Of a stretch of DNA of 64,000 nucleotides, positions 10,766-21,216 are shown one piece after another. The stretch spans positions 2,336,001 through 2,400,000 of the forward strand of contig OY782041.1 of assembly GCA_963677595.1 (NCBI GenBank). The letters are read 5' to 3'. This stretch comes from Spirochaetia bacterium. GTDB taxonomy: Bacteria; Spirochaetota; Spirochaetia; CAKZLE01. The position numbers and the translations under genes were made by a program. A model generated the notes under the pieces. The model had not been told where the DNA came from, did no database searches, and was given only the letters and a program-made list of their open reading frames with translations. The stretch's first letter is position 1, and each line of letters begins with the position of its first letter.

Positions 10766-11380
10766 CTACTGCCCGGGACTCCCGTTCCTGTTGGCAGCCC
10801 CCCTGTAGCTGACGGTCTCACTGCGCAGGCAGTCCATCATATCCCTGACCCCCTCAGGGGAGGCGTTGAACTCATGAAGTGCTTCCCCTGTCAATCCTAT
10901 CTGTGTCCCTACCTCATCCACCTCGATGTTCGCACCGTAGAAGAGGAAGTCCCAGCCATGGGACTTCTCCTGCTCGGAGATCAGGTAGCGGACCACCTTG
11001 ACAGTGAACTCCCGGCTGGCATTCTCATAGCCGTCGGTGATGATGAGGAAGATCACGTGGGGTGCAGGGTCAGCCCCTTCTGTGTCGAGCCGTGCCCTCG
11101 TCTCGAGGATCGTTTTACCCACCGCATCGTAGAGGGCGGTCGCCCCCCGGACGAAGTACTCCCCGTCCTTGAGCAGTGCCTTAGCGCAGGGTATGTGGTC
11201 ATGCAGCTTCTCGTATCGGTCGTCGAAGAGGACGGTCGTCACCAGGCACTCTCCCGGAAGGGAGGCATGTGCCTGTACCAGGCTGTTGTACCCTCCGACC
11301 GTGTCAGTCTCCAACCCACTCATCGAGCCGCTCCTGTCGAGCAGGCAGATGATCTCTGTTCTCGTATGTTCTTGTTCCAT
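10766..11380 (-). CDS. von Willebrand factor A domain protein
   Basis: MIDAS LDRSGSM, TALYDAVG, IITDGYENAS. Confidence 0.85.
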   Translation of the reverse strand: MEQEHTRTEIICLLDRSGSMSGLETDTVGGYNSLVQAHASLPGECLVTTVLFDDRYEKLHDHIPCAKALLKDGEYFVRGATALYDAVGKTILETRARLDTEGADPAPHVIFLIITDGYENASREFTVKVVRYLISEQEKSHGWDFLFYGANIEVDEVGTQIGLTGEALHEFNASPEGVRDMMDCLRSETVSYRGAANRNGSPGQ

Positions 11381-11440
11381 GCTTGTCGCTCCTTGAGGTT
11401 TTTTCGTATGTTCATGGTATGATAGAGAGGAATACTGCTG

Positions 11441-11457
11441 GTCGCCGGTGAAGCGAC
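11441..11457. promoter_or_regulatory. Palindromic operator-like site between divergent vWA and HTH genes
   Basis: GTCGC-N7-GCGAC inverted repeat; a further tgtcgc half-site near 11384. Confidence 0.4.
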
Positions 11458-11489
11458 ATCATCACCAATCATGAGGAGAGGGGAACGGT

Positions 11490-11984
11490 ATGGTCACAGA
11501 AGAACTCATCAGGGAGATCCGCTTCTATGTGGGGACCTTCACCGAAGAAGCTGAGGAGCTGCATTTCGCGGTCGTCGAGGAGCTTGCTGCCCCGGTATAT
11601 GCCCGTGAGGCAAGACTCGAGGAGTACCTCGACGAACAGCGGGAGGTTCCCTTCTCCGAACTGCTCTTCAGCCACATCAGGAGGAAAGGCATAGAGGAGA
11701 CCGAGGTCTACAAGCAGGCAGGGATCGATCGGAGACATTTCGCCAAGATACGGGCAGACCGCCTGGGGAAGAGCTACCATCCCGGGAAGAACACCGTAAC
11801 AGCCCTCTGCCTTGCCCTCGGACTGACAGCGGAAGAGTCGGAAGACCTGCTGCAGTCAGCAGGCTACTCCCTCTCGATGAGCTCCACGGCTGACCTGGTC
11901 ATCAGGTACTGCATCGAGCATGGGATCCATGACCTGATGGAGGTCAACGAGATCCTCGACAGGATGGGCGAGGCAGTGCTCTAA
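11490..11984 (+). CDS. XRE-like HTH DNA-binding protein
   Basis: EVYKQAGIDRRHFAKIR HTH and LLQSAGYSLS pattern. Confidence 0.7.
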   Translation: MVTEELIREIRFYVGTFTEEAEELHFAVVEELAAPVYAREARLEEYLDEQREVPFSELLFSHIRRKGIEETEVYKQAGIDRRHFAKIRADRLGKSYHPGKNTVTALCLALGLTAEESEDLLQSAGYSLSMSSTADLVIRYCIEHGIHDLMEVNEILDRMGEAVL

Positions 11985-12202
11985 GAACTAATTACAGAAC
12001 CTCATTCCCCGCATATTGCTATGTGAATTCATATCGAGTACTTCATGAGCATCAACGATGAGAGCTATATCAAGAATCGGCTGCGGTTCTCCATAGCACC
12101 CGCAGCTGCGGAGTGACATGGCCGGACCCATGGTTGTTTGATCTCGCTGTATGACAGATGCTGCATACTTGCACAGTCCCGGTATTGGTGGTAGCTTAGG
12201 GT

Positions 12203-13666
12203 ATGTCCTTTGATCTCTATGACCTGACGAACAAGAAGAAGAACCACCCCTCCTGGCGCCTGATGACAGCCGACAACGGTCCGCTGATCATCAGCTTCCT
12301 CGACCTGGTGTTCCGTGAGGAGAACCAGCGCCAGGTAGACGAGCACGAGATGGTCCTCAAGCTCGAAGACTATCTCTACCAGGTCAGGGACGGCAGGGAG
12401 GATGATCCCTATCCGCGTTCAGCTGCTGACTACCTGGAGGAGTGGACTGCCCCGGGCAGGGACTGGTTGCGCAAGTACTATCCTGCCGGAAGCGACATCC
12501 CCCATTACGAGCTGACTCCCGGCACGGAGAAGGTGCTGCAGTGGGTGGACAGTCTCACCGTCACCCGGTTCATCGGTACCGAGAGCAGGCTCCAGACCTG
12601 TTTCGATCTCCTTCGGCAGATCGTCCGGGGTGTGGAAGAGAACAGCGAGGTGAGGATCCGGGAGCTCGAGGAGCAGAAGAGCCGGATCGACCGGGAGATC
12701 TCCCGGATCCAGGCCGGCGACATCCCCATGATGGACCAGCGGCAGATCAGGGAGCGGTTCCTGCAGTTCAAGCAGATAGCCCATGAGCTGAGAAGCGACT
12801 TCACAGCTGTGGAGGGGAACTTCCGGGAACTCGACCGCGAGATCCGGGAGGAGATCGCAACCTGGGAGGGGGAGAAGGGAGGACTGCTCGAGCAGTTCTT
12901 CGGGGACCATGACCGGATCACCCACTCGGACGAGGGGCAGAGCTTCCGTGCGTTCTGGGACTTCATCATGTCCCCCGACAGCCAGGAGGAGCTCTCTCTC
13001 CAGCTCGACCGGGTCTTCGACCTCGAGGAGCTTGGCAGCCTGCGGGACGATCCCCGACTGAGAAGGATCCACTTCGACTGGATCGATGCCGGGGAGAAGA
13101 CCCAGCGCACCGTCGCGCGCCTCTCCGGACAGCTGCGACGATACCTCGATAACCGGGCGTTCCTCGAGAACCGGCGGATCACGGAACTCCTTGACCGCAT
13201 CGAGAAGCAGGCCGTCGCCCTGAAGGACCGACCCCCGACAGGGACCTGGATGTCCCTGGAGCATCCCCGGGCACAGGTGCGGCTGCCCATGGAACAGCCG
13301 ATGTTCTCGCCCCCCGTACGGCAGGAGCTCATCTCGCGGATCGAAGTCGCTGACGAAGAGGAGATCGATACGGAGAAGCTCTTCAACCTCGTCTACATCG
13401 ACCGGGAGCGCCTGCAGGGGAACATAGAGAAAGCTCTGAGAAGCCAGCAGCAGATCAGGCTCGATGAGCTGATCGGGTGGTTCCCCCTGGAGCAGGGGCT
13501 CTCGGAGCTGATCACCTACATCCACATGGCGGAGGAGGATCCGCTGGCTGCCGTCTCCGATGAGGTCTCTGACCAGGTCGTGTGGGACGGCGAGGAGGGG
13601 AGGAGGCGGTCTGCCCGGTTCCCGAGGATCATCTACACACGGAGGAGCGCACATGGACGTACATGA
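12203..13666 (+). CDS. jetA: Wadjet kleisin subunit JetA (DUF3375)
   Basis: HPSWRLM, GTESRL, QSFRAFWDF motifs; first gene of a four-gene overlapping operon. Confidence 0.88.
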   Translation: MSFDLYDLTNKKKNHPSWRLMTADNGPLIISFLDLVFREENQRQVDEHEMVLKLEDYLYQVRDGREDDPYPRSAADYLEEWTAPGRDWLRKYYPAGSDIPHYELTPGTEKVLQWVDSLTVTRFIGTESRLQTCFDLLRQIVRGVEENSEVRIRELEEQKSRIDREISRIQAGDIPMMDQRQIRERFLQFKQIAHELRSDFTAVEGNFRELDREIREEIATWEGEKGGLLEQFFGDHDRITHSDEGQSFRAFWDFIMSPDSQEELSLQLDRVFDLEELGSLRDDPRLRRIHFDWIDAGEKTQRTVARLSGQLRRYLDNRAFLENRRITELLDRIEKQAVALKDRPPTGTWMSLEHPRAQVRLPMEQPMFSPPVRQELISRIEVADEEEIDTEKLFNLVYIDRERLQGNIEKALRSQQQIRLDELIGWFPLEQGLSELITYIHMAEEDPLAAVSDEVSDQVVWDGEEGRRRSARFPRIIYTRRSAHGRT

Positions 13667-14258
13667 TGCAGAGAATATATCGCCGGTGGTTATCCACCTG
13701 CTCAAGGGTATCCTCTACAAGGAGGACAATGCCCGGCTGTGGGAGTCTATGGAGCATCTGGAGGGACCGATACGGGACTACCTGGCCGTGCTCAACCTCG
13801 ACCTGGAGGTCTTCGACAGTGACGGGTTCGCCTACCTGCGGAGCCGGGAGACGACCGAGGAGACCGAGACCCTTCCACGCCTGATGACGCGCAGGGCCCT
13901 CTCCTACCCGGTGAGCCTGGTCCTGGCCCTGCTCAGGAGGAAGATGACCGAGCATGATGCCTTCTCGAGCGAGGCCCGCCTGATCCTCGAGGTCGGCGAT
14001 ATCAGGGAGATGGTATCTGCCTTCTTCCCTGCGACGAGCAATGAGGTCAAGTCCCTCAGGCGGCTCGATGCCCACCTGCAGAAGATCCATGACCTCGGCT
14101 TCATCCGCTTCCTCGATGCGAAGAAGGAGAAGCTCGAGGTGAAGCGGATCCTCAAAGCCTATGTGGATGCCCAGTGGCTCAGTGACTTCGATGCCAGGCT
14201 TGCCGGGTACCTGGAACACGGGACGGAACCTGCTGATGAGGGGAATGATGATGAATGA
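13653..14258 (+). CDS. jetB: Wadjet KITE subunit JetB (DUF4194)
   Basis: ATG at 13653 after GGAGG; LPRLMTRRALSY motif; lies between jetA and jetC. Confidence 0.88.
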   Translation: MDVHDAENISPVVIHLLKGILYKEDNARLWESMEHLEGPIRDYLAVLNLDLEVFDSDGFAYLRSRETTEETETLPRLMTRRALSYPVSLVLALLRRKMTEHDAFSSEARLILEVGDIREMVSAFFPATSNEVKSLRRLDAHLQKIHDLGFIRFLDAKKEKLEVKRILKAYVDAQWLSDFDARLAGYLEHGTEPADEGNDDE

Positions 14259-17200
14259 TGGTTTCTTCGAGTTCGGGGAGGACGATACCACTGCCGGCTT
14301 CCGGCTCTCCCGCGTGGAAGTCTATAACTGGGGGACCTTCCATAACCGGGTCGTGACCCTCTCGCTGAACGGGCGCAACGGCCTGCTCACCGGCGATATC
14401 GGGTCGGGGAAGTCGACCCTCGTCGATGCGGTCACCACGCTGCTCGTACCTTCCCAGAAGGTGGCCTACAACAAGGCAGCCGGTGCGGACTTCAAGGAGC
14501 GGTCCCTCCGCTCCTATGTCATGGGCTATTACAAGTCGGAACGGAGCGACGGCGGGTTCTCGACCAAGCCGGTCCCGCTCAGGGAGGCGGGCACCACCCA
14601 TTCGGTGATCCTCGGGGTCTTCCGCAACGAGGTGCTCTCCCAGCAGGTCTCCCTCGCGCAGGTCTTCCACCAGAAGGAGAGTACGGGGCAGCCAGCCCGG
14701 TTCTTCGTGGTAGCCGAATCAGAGCTCTCCATCGCGGCTGACTTCTCCGATTTCGGGAACGACCTTGCCCCCTTGAAGAAGCGGCTCAAGGCACAGGACC
14801 ATATCGAGGTATTCAACAGCTTCCCCGAATACGGATCTGCCTTCAGGCGCCGGTTCGGCCTGCGCAACGAACAGGCGCTCGAACTCTTCCACCAGACCGT
14901 CTCGCTGAAGACCGTGGGGAACCTGACCTCCTTCGTCCAGGACCATATGCTCGAGCCCTTCGACTCCGTCTCCCCGATCGAACACCTCCTCAGGCACTTC
15001 GAGGACCTCAACCGGGCCCACGAAGCCATCCTCAAGGCGAGACACCAGATCGAGACCCTGACCCCGCTGGCAGGGAACCTCGACCGGTATCATGGGACCG
15101 AGCGCGAGGTGGAGACCAAGGTCACCATCCGTGATGACCTGAAGTTCTTCTTTGCCGACATGGAACACCGGTTCCTCCAGGAGCGCATCGACCGGGAGGA
15201 GCAGAAGCTCGGCGACCTGAGGCGGTCGATCGGGAACCTCGCACAGCGGATCGTGGAGTACCGGAGTGAACGGGACTCCACCGCCGCGGCCATCTCGGCA
15301 AACGGCGGGACCCGTCTCGACGACCTGAAGAACCGTACCGGCCGCATCGAGCGGGAGAAGCAGGAGAAGCTGCGCCGTGCTGGGGCCTATGACAGCCTGG
15401 CAGGGGGATTGGACCTGCCGAAGCTCCAGGGGGTCGAGGAGTTCTCACAGACCAGGCACCTGGTCCGAGACCGGATCGACGAGCTCTCCGAGAAGCGGAA
15501 CGGGATCGAGCGGGACCTCTCGGAACTGGAGTATGACTTCAGGAACCTGAAGCATGAACATGATGCCCTGGAAGAGGAACTCCGGTCCCTCAGGAGCCGC
15601 AGGAGCAATATCGACAGCAGGCAGGTAGAGATCAGGCGGAGACTCTGCGGGGACCTCGGCTTATCCGAGGATACGTTACCCTTCGTCGGCGAGCTCATCG
15701 CGGTGAAGCCGGAAGAACAGGCCTGGGAAGGGGCGATCGAACGGGTGATGCGTTCCTTCTCCCTCTCGCTGCTGGTTCCCGATGACCTCTATGCCAAGGT
15801 CACGAAGTGGGTCGACTCGACCCACCTGAAGGGCAGGCTCGTCTATTTCAGGATGTCCGATCGGGAGAAGCGCCATTCTGAGCCCATCCATGCCGGGTCC
15901 ATCATGACGAAGATCCTCTTCAGGGAGGAGAACCCCTGTACCGCTTGGGTGGAGCAGCAGGGAAGGGTCCGTTTCGGGGACTTCATCTGCTGTGATGACC
16001 TCGAGCAGTTCCGCCGGGTCAGCCGTGGGCTCACCCGCTCCGGGCAGGTGAAGGGAAGTTCCATCCACCATGAGAAGGATGACCGGTTCTCCATCGATGA
16101 CCGCAGGCGGTATGTCCTTGGCTGGACCAATACGGCGAAGATCGCCGAACTGGAGAGGCTCCGGGAGGGGAAGCGGCGTTCCTTGCAGGAGTTCGGTAAC
16201 GAGATAGCCCGGAACCAGGAGAAGCGGGCCTCCCTCGAGGACCAGCTCGACAGGCTGAAGAAGCTGCAGACCTATGAGTACTTCGAGGAACTCGACTGGA
16301 AACCCCTTGCCGCCCAGCTCGAGGAGATCAAGGAGGAGATCCGCCAGCTCGAGAGCCGTTCGGACATCTTGAAGACCCTGCAGGCTAAACTGGCGAAGAT
16401 AGATACGCAGATCCTTGAGGATGAAAGACGGCAGGGAGAGCTGCACAAGCAGGAAGGCGGGATAGAGAACAAGATCGAGGAGCTCGGGCAGAAGGTCGCC
16501 GTGGTCGATGAGCTGCTCGTGACCTGCGAGAGACCGATGGAGGAGCTTACCTCCAGGATCGAACCCCTGCTGGGCGATTACCTCGGCGGTAAGAGACTCT
16601 ACCTGGAGACCTGTCCCACCGCGGAGCGGGAGTTCCGGGAGAAGCTCCAGGCAGAGATCGATACTGCCCGGAAGCGGCTCGACCGGCTCCGGGACTCTAT
16701 CATCACCGCCATGGGGGACTTCAACCGTGACTACCCGGCCGAGACGAGGGAGATGGACGCCTCGATCGAGTCAGGCGGGGAGTACCGAAGACTGCTCGAT
16801 GATCTCGTGAAGGACAACCTCCCCAAGTTCGAGGAGAAGTTCAAGGTCCTCCTCAACGAGAACACGATCAGGGAGATCGCGGGCTTCCAGGCCCTGCTGA
16901 ACAAGGAGTGCCAGCAGATCAGGGAACGGGTAGACCAGATCAACCGATCCCTCCATGAGATCGACTACAATAAGGACCGCTATATACGGCTGGAGGCCAT
17001 GAACACCAACGATGTGGAGATACGCACCTTCCGGCAGGACATGAAGTCCTGTGTCGAGGGGGCCCTCGGCGGGGAGACCGACCAGCAGTACAGCGAGGCG
17101 AAGTTCCTCCAGGTGAAGGAGCTGATCAACCGGTTCAAGGGCCGGGAAGGCTTCGCTGACATCGACCGGAAGTGGAAGGACAAGGTCACCGACGTACGGA

Positions 17201-17622
17201 ACTGGTTCGCCTTCGCCGCATCGGAGCGGTGGCGGGAGGACGATGAGGAGTACGAGCACTATACCGACTCCGGCGGGAAGTCGGGAGGCCAGAAGGAGAA
17301 ACTCGCCTATACCGTGCTTGCCGCTTCTCTTGCCTACCAGTTCGGCCTCGAATGGGGAGAGGTGCGGTCCCGCTCCTTCCGCTTCGTCGTCATCGATGAG
17401 GCCTTCGGCCGGGGCTCCGATGAGTCAGCCAAGTATGGGCTCGACCTCTTCAGGAGGCTGAACCTGCAGCTGCTCATCGTCACCCCCCTGCAGAAGATCC
17501 ATATCATAGAGCCCTATGTCTCCTCGGTCGGCTTCGTCCACAACCCCGAGGGGAAGAACTCGCTGCTGCGGTCCCTGACCATCGAGCAGTATCAGGTCGA
17601 GAAGGAGAGGTTCGGCAAATGA
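14251..17622 (+). CDS. jetC: Wadjet SMC-like ATPase JetC
   Basis: VYNWGTF, GDIGSGKST Walker A, long coiled coil, KSGGQ signature, VVIDEAF Walker B; start could be 14245-14251. Confidence 0.92.
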   Translation: MNDGFFEFGEDDTTAGFRLSRVEVYNWGTFHNRVVTLSLNGRNGLLTGDIGSGKSTLVDAVTTLLVPSQKVAYNKAAGADFKERSLRSYVMGYYKSERSDGGFSTKPVPLREAGTTHSVILGVFRNEVLSQQVSLAQVFHQKESTGQPARFFVVAESELSIAADFSDFGNDLAPLKKRLKAQDHIEVFNSFPEYGSAFRRRFGLRNEQALELFHQTVSLKTVGNLTSFVQDHMLEPFDSVSPIEHLLRHFEDLNRAHEAILKARHQIETLTPLAGNLDRYHGTEREVETKVTIRDDLKFFFADMEHRFLQERIDREEQKLGDLRRSIGNLAQRIVEYRSERDSTAAAISANGGTRLDDLKNRTGRIEREKQEKLRRAGAYDSLAGGLDLPKLQGVEEFSQTRHLVRDRIDELSEKRNGIERDLSELEYDFRNLKHEHDALEEELRSLRSRRSNIDSRQVEIRRRLCGDLGLSEDTLPFVGELIAVKPEEQAWEGAIERVMRSFSLSLLVPDDLYAKVTKWVDSTHLKGRLVYFRMSDREKRHSEPIHAGSIMTKILFREENPCTAWVEQQGRVRFGDFICCDDLEQFRRVSRGLTRSGQVKGSSIHHEKDDRFSIDDRRRYVLGWTNTAKIAELERLREGKRRSLQEFGNEIARNQEKRASLEDQLDRLKKLQTYEYFEELDWKPLAAQLEEIKEEIRQLESRSDILKTLQAKLAKIDTQILEDERRQGELHKQEGGIENKIEELGQKVAVVDELLVTCERPMEELTSRIEPLLGDYLGGKRLYLETCPTAEREFREKLQAEIDTARKRLDRLRDSIITAMGDFNRDYPAETREMDASIESGGEYRRLLDDLVKDNLPKFEEKFKVLLNENTIREIAGFQALLNKECQQIRERVDQINRSLHEIDYNKDRYIRLEAMNTNDVEIRTFRQDMKSCVEGALGGETDQQYSEAKFLQVKELINRFKGREGFADIDRKWKDKVTDVRNWFAFAASERWREDDEEYEHYTDSGGKSGGQKEKLAYTVLAASLAYQFGLEWGEVRSRSFRFVVIDEAFGRGSDESAKYGLDLFRRLNLQLLIVTPLQKIHIIEPYVSSVGFVHNPEGKNSLLRSLTIEQYQVEKERFGK

Positions 17623-18782
17623 TCACCCCAGCCGAGCTGCGAAAGAAACTGCTCTCCCGCTGGGAGCGGGGGTACTTCTTCCGCGAGTACCGCAGTTGCT
17701 TCCCCTATGAGGTGACGATACCGAACGTCTCCGCGAAGAAGATGACCGATGAGTTCGATGCCGTAAGGAAGTGGGTGGCAGCATACCAGGCGGATGGGCG
17801 TTTTAACCAGTTCCTGCAGTGGCGGGAGGTCAACCACCGCCTCTTCGGGAAGAACAGGATCCCAAGATCCCTCCTCTTCGAGACACCGGAAGCCCTGGCA
17901 GGCTTCCTCGGCCGTACGGCGGATTGGAACCGGTACCGGGACTATTCAGCGACCCTGTACCGGCAGGATGAGCGACTCGGGGAGTGGGGAGATAGGCATC
18001 CGAGTCCCCTCCTGCGGATAGGAGAGGACCTCGAGCGGCTGCTCAGGCTCTGGAGGTGGATGGTCGACCACCCAAGAGCGGGGATCTACCTCCGCCAGAT
18101 CGACCTGCCCGCTATCGACACGAAGTTCACCGAACAGCATAAGGGCATCCTCTCCGAGTGGTTGGAACGTACCCTGCCGGAGGAGATCCCTGACCGAAGC
18201 ACCACCCGCTTCGAGGACCGGTACGGATACCGAAGCAAACCGGAACTGATCCGGTTCCGCTTCCTCGATGAGACTCTCAGTTGGAGGGGCTGCGATGACA
18301 TCTCAGTCCCCTCAGACCAGTTCTGCTCCCTCTTCAGGGAAGGGGAGATCCCCGTCTCGCATGTGTTCGTCATCGAGAACGACATCTGCGCCCTCAGCTT
18401 CCCGAAGGTGGGGCGGGGGATGGTGGTCTTCGGGAGGGGCTACCATTTCGACCACTGGAAGGAGTGTACCTGGCTGGGTAAGGTCAGCCTCCACTACTGG
18501 GGCGATATCGACACGCACGGGTTCGCCATCCTCGACCAGTTCCGCTCGTTCTTCCCCCATGCCTCCTCCTTCCTCATGGACCGGGAAACGCTCCTGGCCC
18601 ATGAGTCTTCTTGGGGCGAGGAGCCGAAACCAGCCACTGCAGCGCTTGGTCACCTTACCGAAGTGGAGGCTTCCCTCTATGAGGAGCTCCGTTCAGGGAG
18701 TATTCGCCCCCGCCTGCGGCTGGAACAGGAGTTCATCAGCTACGGCAGGGTCGAGGAGGTCGTGAGGTCCATATCTTCCTGA
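17619..18782 (+). CDS. jetD: Wadjet Toprim nuclease JetD (DUF3322/DUF2220)
   Basis: IYLRQIDL, IEN, YWGDIDTHGF, RLEQE motifs. Confidence 0.9.
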   Translation: MITPAELRKKLLSRWERGYFFREYRSCFPYEVTIPNVSAKKMTDEFDAVRKWVAAYQADGRFNQFLQWREVNHRLFGKNRIPRSLLFETPEALAGFLGRTADWNRYRDYSATLYRQDERLGEWGDRHPSPLLRIGEDLERLLRLWRWMVDHPRAGIYLRQIDLPAIDTKFTEQHKGILSEWLERTLPEEIPDRSTTRFEDRYGYRSKPELIRFRFLDETLSWRGCDDISVPSDQFCSLFREGEIPVSHVFVIENDICALSFPKVGRGMVVFGRGYHFDHWKECTWLGKVSLHYWGDIDTHGFAILDQFRSFFPHASSFLMDRETLLAHESSWGEEPKPATAALGHLTEVEASLYEELRSGSIRPRLRLEQEFISYGRVEEVVRSISS

Positions 18783-18837
18783 AAAGTTATGTAATAATGA
18801 ACTTGAACTTCAGAATTACATAGATTATACTGTTTTT

Positions 18838-19998
18838 ATGATTGCCCGCAAGATCACTGCCGAACTAAAGATCCTTCTCACTGAATACCCTGTCGTGACT
18901 ATCATCGGCCCGCGGCAGGCTGGCAAGACGACCCTGGCAAGGAGCCTTGACGGCTACGGCTATTCTAACCTCGAGCTTCCCGAGAACAGGGAGCTGGCAG
19001 AGAATGACCCGAAAGCCTACATTGGACGCTTGCCCGAAAAGGTCATCATCGACGAGATCCAGCGTGTCCCTCAGCTCTTGAGCTATATCCAGGTCATCGT
19101 GGATGAGCGGAAACTGAAGGGCCAGTTCATCCTGACCGGATCCTACCAGCTGAAGCTGCGGGAGTCAGTCTCCCAGTCGCTTGCCGGCAGGAGTGCGATC
19201 CTGCATCTGTACCCCCTATCGATAGCAGAGATGGAAGATGCCGGGATCAGGTTCGACCATTTCACCGAATACTGCTTCTCAGGCTTCCTCCCCTCCATAC
19301 ATGCCCAGGGACTGCGTCCCGGGGTCGCCTATTCCCATTATTACCAGACGTACGTTGAGCGGGATGTTCGCCAACTGATACACCTGAAAGATGCATCGGA
19401 CTTCGAACGGTTCTTACGACTCCTTGCCGGTCGAACCGGCCAGATCATGGATTATGCCTCACTAGCTGGTGATGTAGGTGTGAGTTCCCACACCATAAAG
19501 AGCTGGCTATCGATCCTGGAGGCGTCCTTCATCATCTATCGGCTTATGCCCTACTATAACAACTTCGGGAAACGGGTCATCAAGTCCCCGAAATATTACT
19601 TCACGGATGTGGGACTGCTCTGCTTCCTGCTCGGGATACGGGATCCTTCTCAAGTCGGGCGGGATCCCCTGGTCGGCAGTATCTTCGAGAACCTGATCGT
19701 AGCTGAGAGCCTGAAAGCACGATCGAATGCCGGGCAGCCGGCAGATCTCTATTTCTTCCGGGACAGCAACGGGAATGAGGTTGATATCATCCTGGCAGAG
19801 GGGCGCACGCTCACTGCCGTGGAGGTCAAGTCAGCAGTTACGTTCTCATTCTCGCTGCTGAAAGGACTGAGGAGCTTCAGGAAACTGACAGAACAGGAGG
19901 ATTCATACCTGCTCTATAATGGCGATCCCCTAGACTTGAGTGAAGGCATACACCTCTTGGGCTTCAGGACGGTAGATACGGTATTCGATAGAGGTTAA
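18838..19998 (+). CDS. AAA_14 ATPase with DUF4143 C-terminal domain
   Basis: GPRQAGKT, IIDEIQ, LTGS, KSPKYYFTDVG, EVD..VEVK; TTGAAC-N17-TATACT promoter directly upstream. Confidence 0.9.
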   Translation: MIARKITAELKILLTEYPVVTIIGPRQAGKTTLARSLDGYGYSNLELPENRELAENDPKAYIGRLPEKVIIDEIQRVPQLLSYIQVIVDERKLKGQFILTGSYQLKLRESVSQSLAGRSAILHLYPLSIAEMEDAGIRFDHFTEYCFSGFLPSIHAQGLRPGVAYSHYYQTYVERDVRQLIHLKDASDFERFLRLLAGRTGQIMDYASLAGDVGVSSHTIKSWLSILEASFIIYRLMPYYNNFGKRVIKSPKYYFTDVGLLCFLLGIRDPSQVGRDPLVGSIFENLIVAESLKARSNAGQPADLYFFRDSNGNEVDIILAEGRTLTAVEVKSAVTFSFSLLKGLRSFRKLTEQEDSYLLYNGDPLDLSEGIHLLGFRTVDTVFDRG

Positions 19999-20006
19999 AC
20001 ACCTGT

Positions 20007-20735
20007 CTAACGGGCCGTGACGATCATCGGGATGCTGTCCTCGGTAAGGGGGGAGCGGTCGAACCCGCCAAACCAGGTACATGCTGAAAAACCTGATTCT
20101 GAAAGCAGATCTTCCAATTCAGCCCTACGCAGCGGGTAGAGCTCTACCTGCTGGGTAGAAGCTCTTCTGCTCTCCAGTTCTGTCAATATAGTCGAGAACT
20201 CGATCTGGTGAGTACCCTCGAGGTACCGGTAGTGCCGCTCGAAGCTGATCCCGTCCCGTTTGATGGTGGGAAGTGACGTGACTGCCCTGTCAAGGACCCG
20301 GTCATAGTTGATGACCTGGATGTGGAGGGGGGCACCTTCCCTGAGCAGGGACCTCACCGATCGCAGGACTGTCAGCATCTGCTCCGTGCCGGGAAGGTGG
20401 ACCATGGTGTTCCCGAAGCAGCAGACCGAGTCGAGACTGTCGGGAGGGAAGACTTCCGCAACCTTGAGCATGTCGAGCGGCAGTATCCTGGCAGTACTCC
20501 CCCGTCCTGCGGCTTTCTCCCTGGCGAGAGCGATCATGCTCTCATCGATATCGATGCCGGTAACCGCCCCGCAATCTTCAGCCAGCTCTAGGGTCAATGA
20601 CCCCGTCGCACAGCCTATCTCCAGTACTGCAGAAGAGGCAGGATCCTCAAGCCCCGCAAGCACGAATGCCTTCTGTGCGGGGGAGAAGGGGAAGATGGAG
20701 TCATAGCGATACGCTATTGATTGATAGAAATCCAT
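20007..20735 (-). CDS. Class I SAM-dependent methyltransferase
   Basis: VLEIGCATG, GIDID, CCFGNTMVHL; ATG at 20735 with GGAG upstream. Confidence 0.88.
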   Translation of the reverse strand: MDFYQSIAYRYDSIFPFSPAQKAFVLAGLEDPASSAVLEIGCATGSLTLELAEDCGAVTGIDIDESMIALAREKAAGRGSTARILPLDMLKVAEVFPPDSLDSVCCFGNTMVHLPGTEQMLTVLRSVRSLLREGAPLHIQVINYDRVLDRAVTSLPTIKRDGISFERHYRYLEGTHQIEFSTILTELESRRASTQQVELYPLRRAELEDLLSESGFSACTWFGGFDRSPLTEDSIPMIVTAR

Positions 20736-21216
20736 GACAGCTCCTTGTACCTGATACGTGATCGATAACATCTTTGAGTGTAGAGAGCAGCTGGATGCTT
20801 GTCAACTGTGAAGAATCTGTACGGTCTCCTCTATTTCGATGCTGGTGACCGACTCCGAATCTACAACCTCTCTAGGTTCAATGACCCCGTTTAACACCAG
20901 ATCTCAGGCACAAACTGCTTCTAGGTTGGGGAGTAGGAGAAGATCGAGTCCTATCGGTGAGCGATCGACTGATAGGATCTCATGGTGGCGTTTGACATGT
21001 GGAATTCGGTGAAGGGTTATCAATGTTTGAATGGGATCATATCTGAGTAAAATGATTTGCTTTCTGCCGGTTCCGCCTGATATAATGGGTGAATATACCA
21101 GGTGGGGCTGGTCTTTCCTCTCTGTGTTCTCCGAATGGTCGACTGTGCTGCGATCCTGCTGGCACTGCGTCATGTCCTGTCCTGGTAATTGGTATTGTGA
21201 TCAATGGGGGGAGGCA

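Noticed and set aside
12419-14291. Long antisense ORFs (428, 293 and 220 aa) over jetA/jetB, and similar shadows across the GC-rich genes
   Set aside because: Expected from high-GC codon bias; no motifs or RBS
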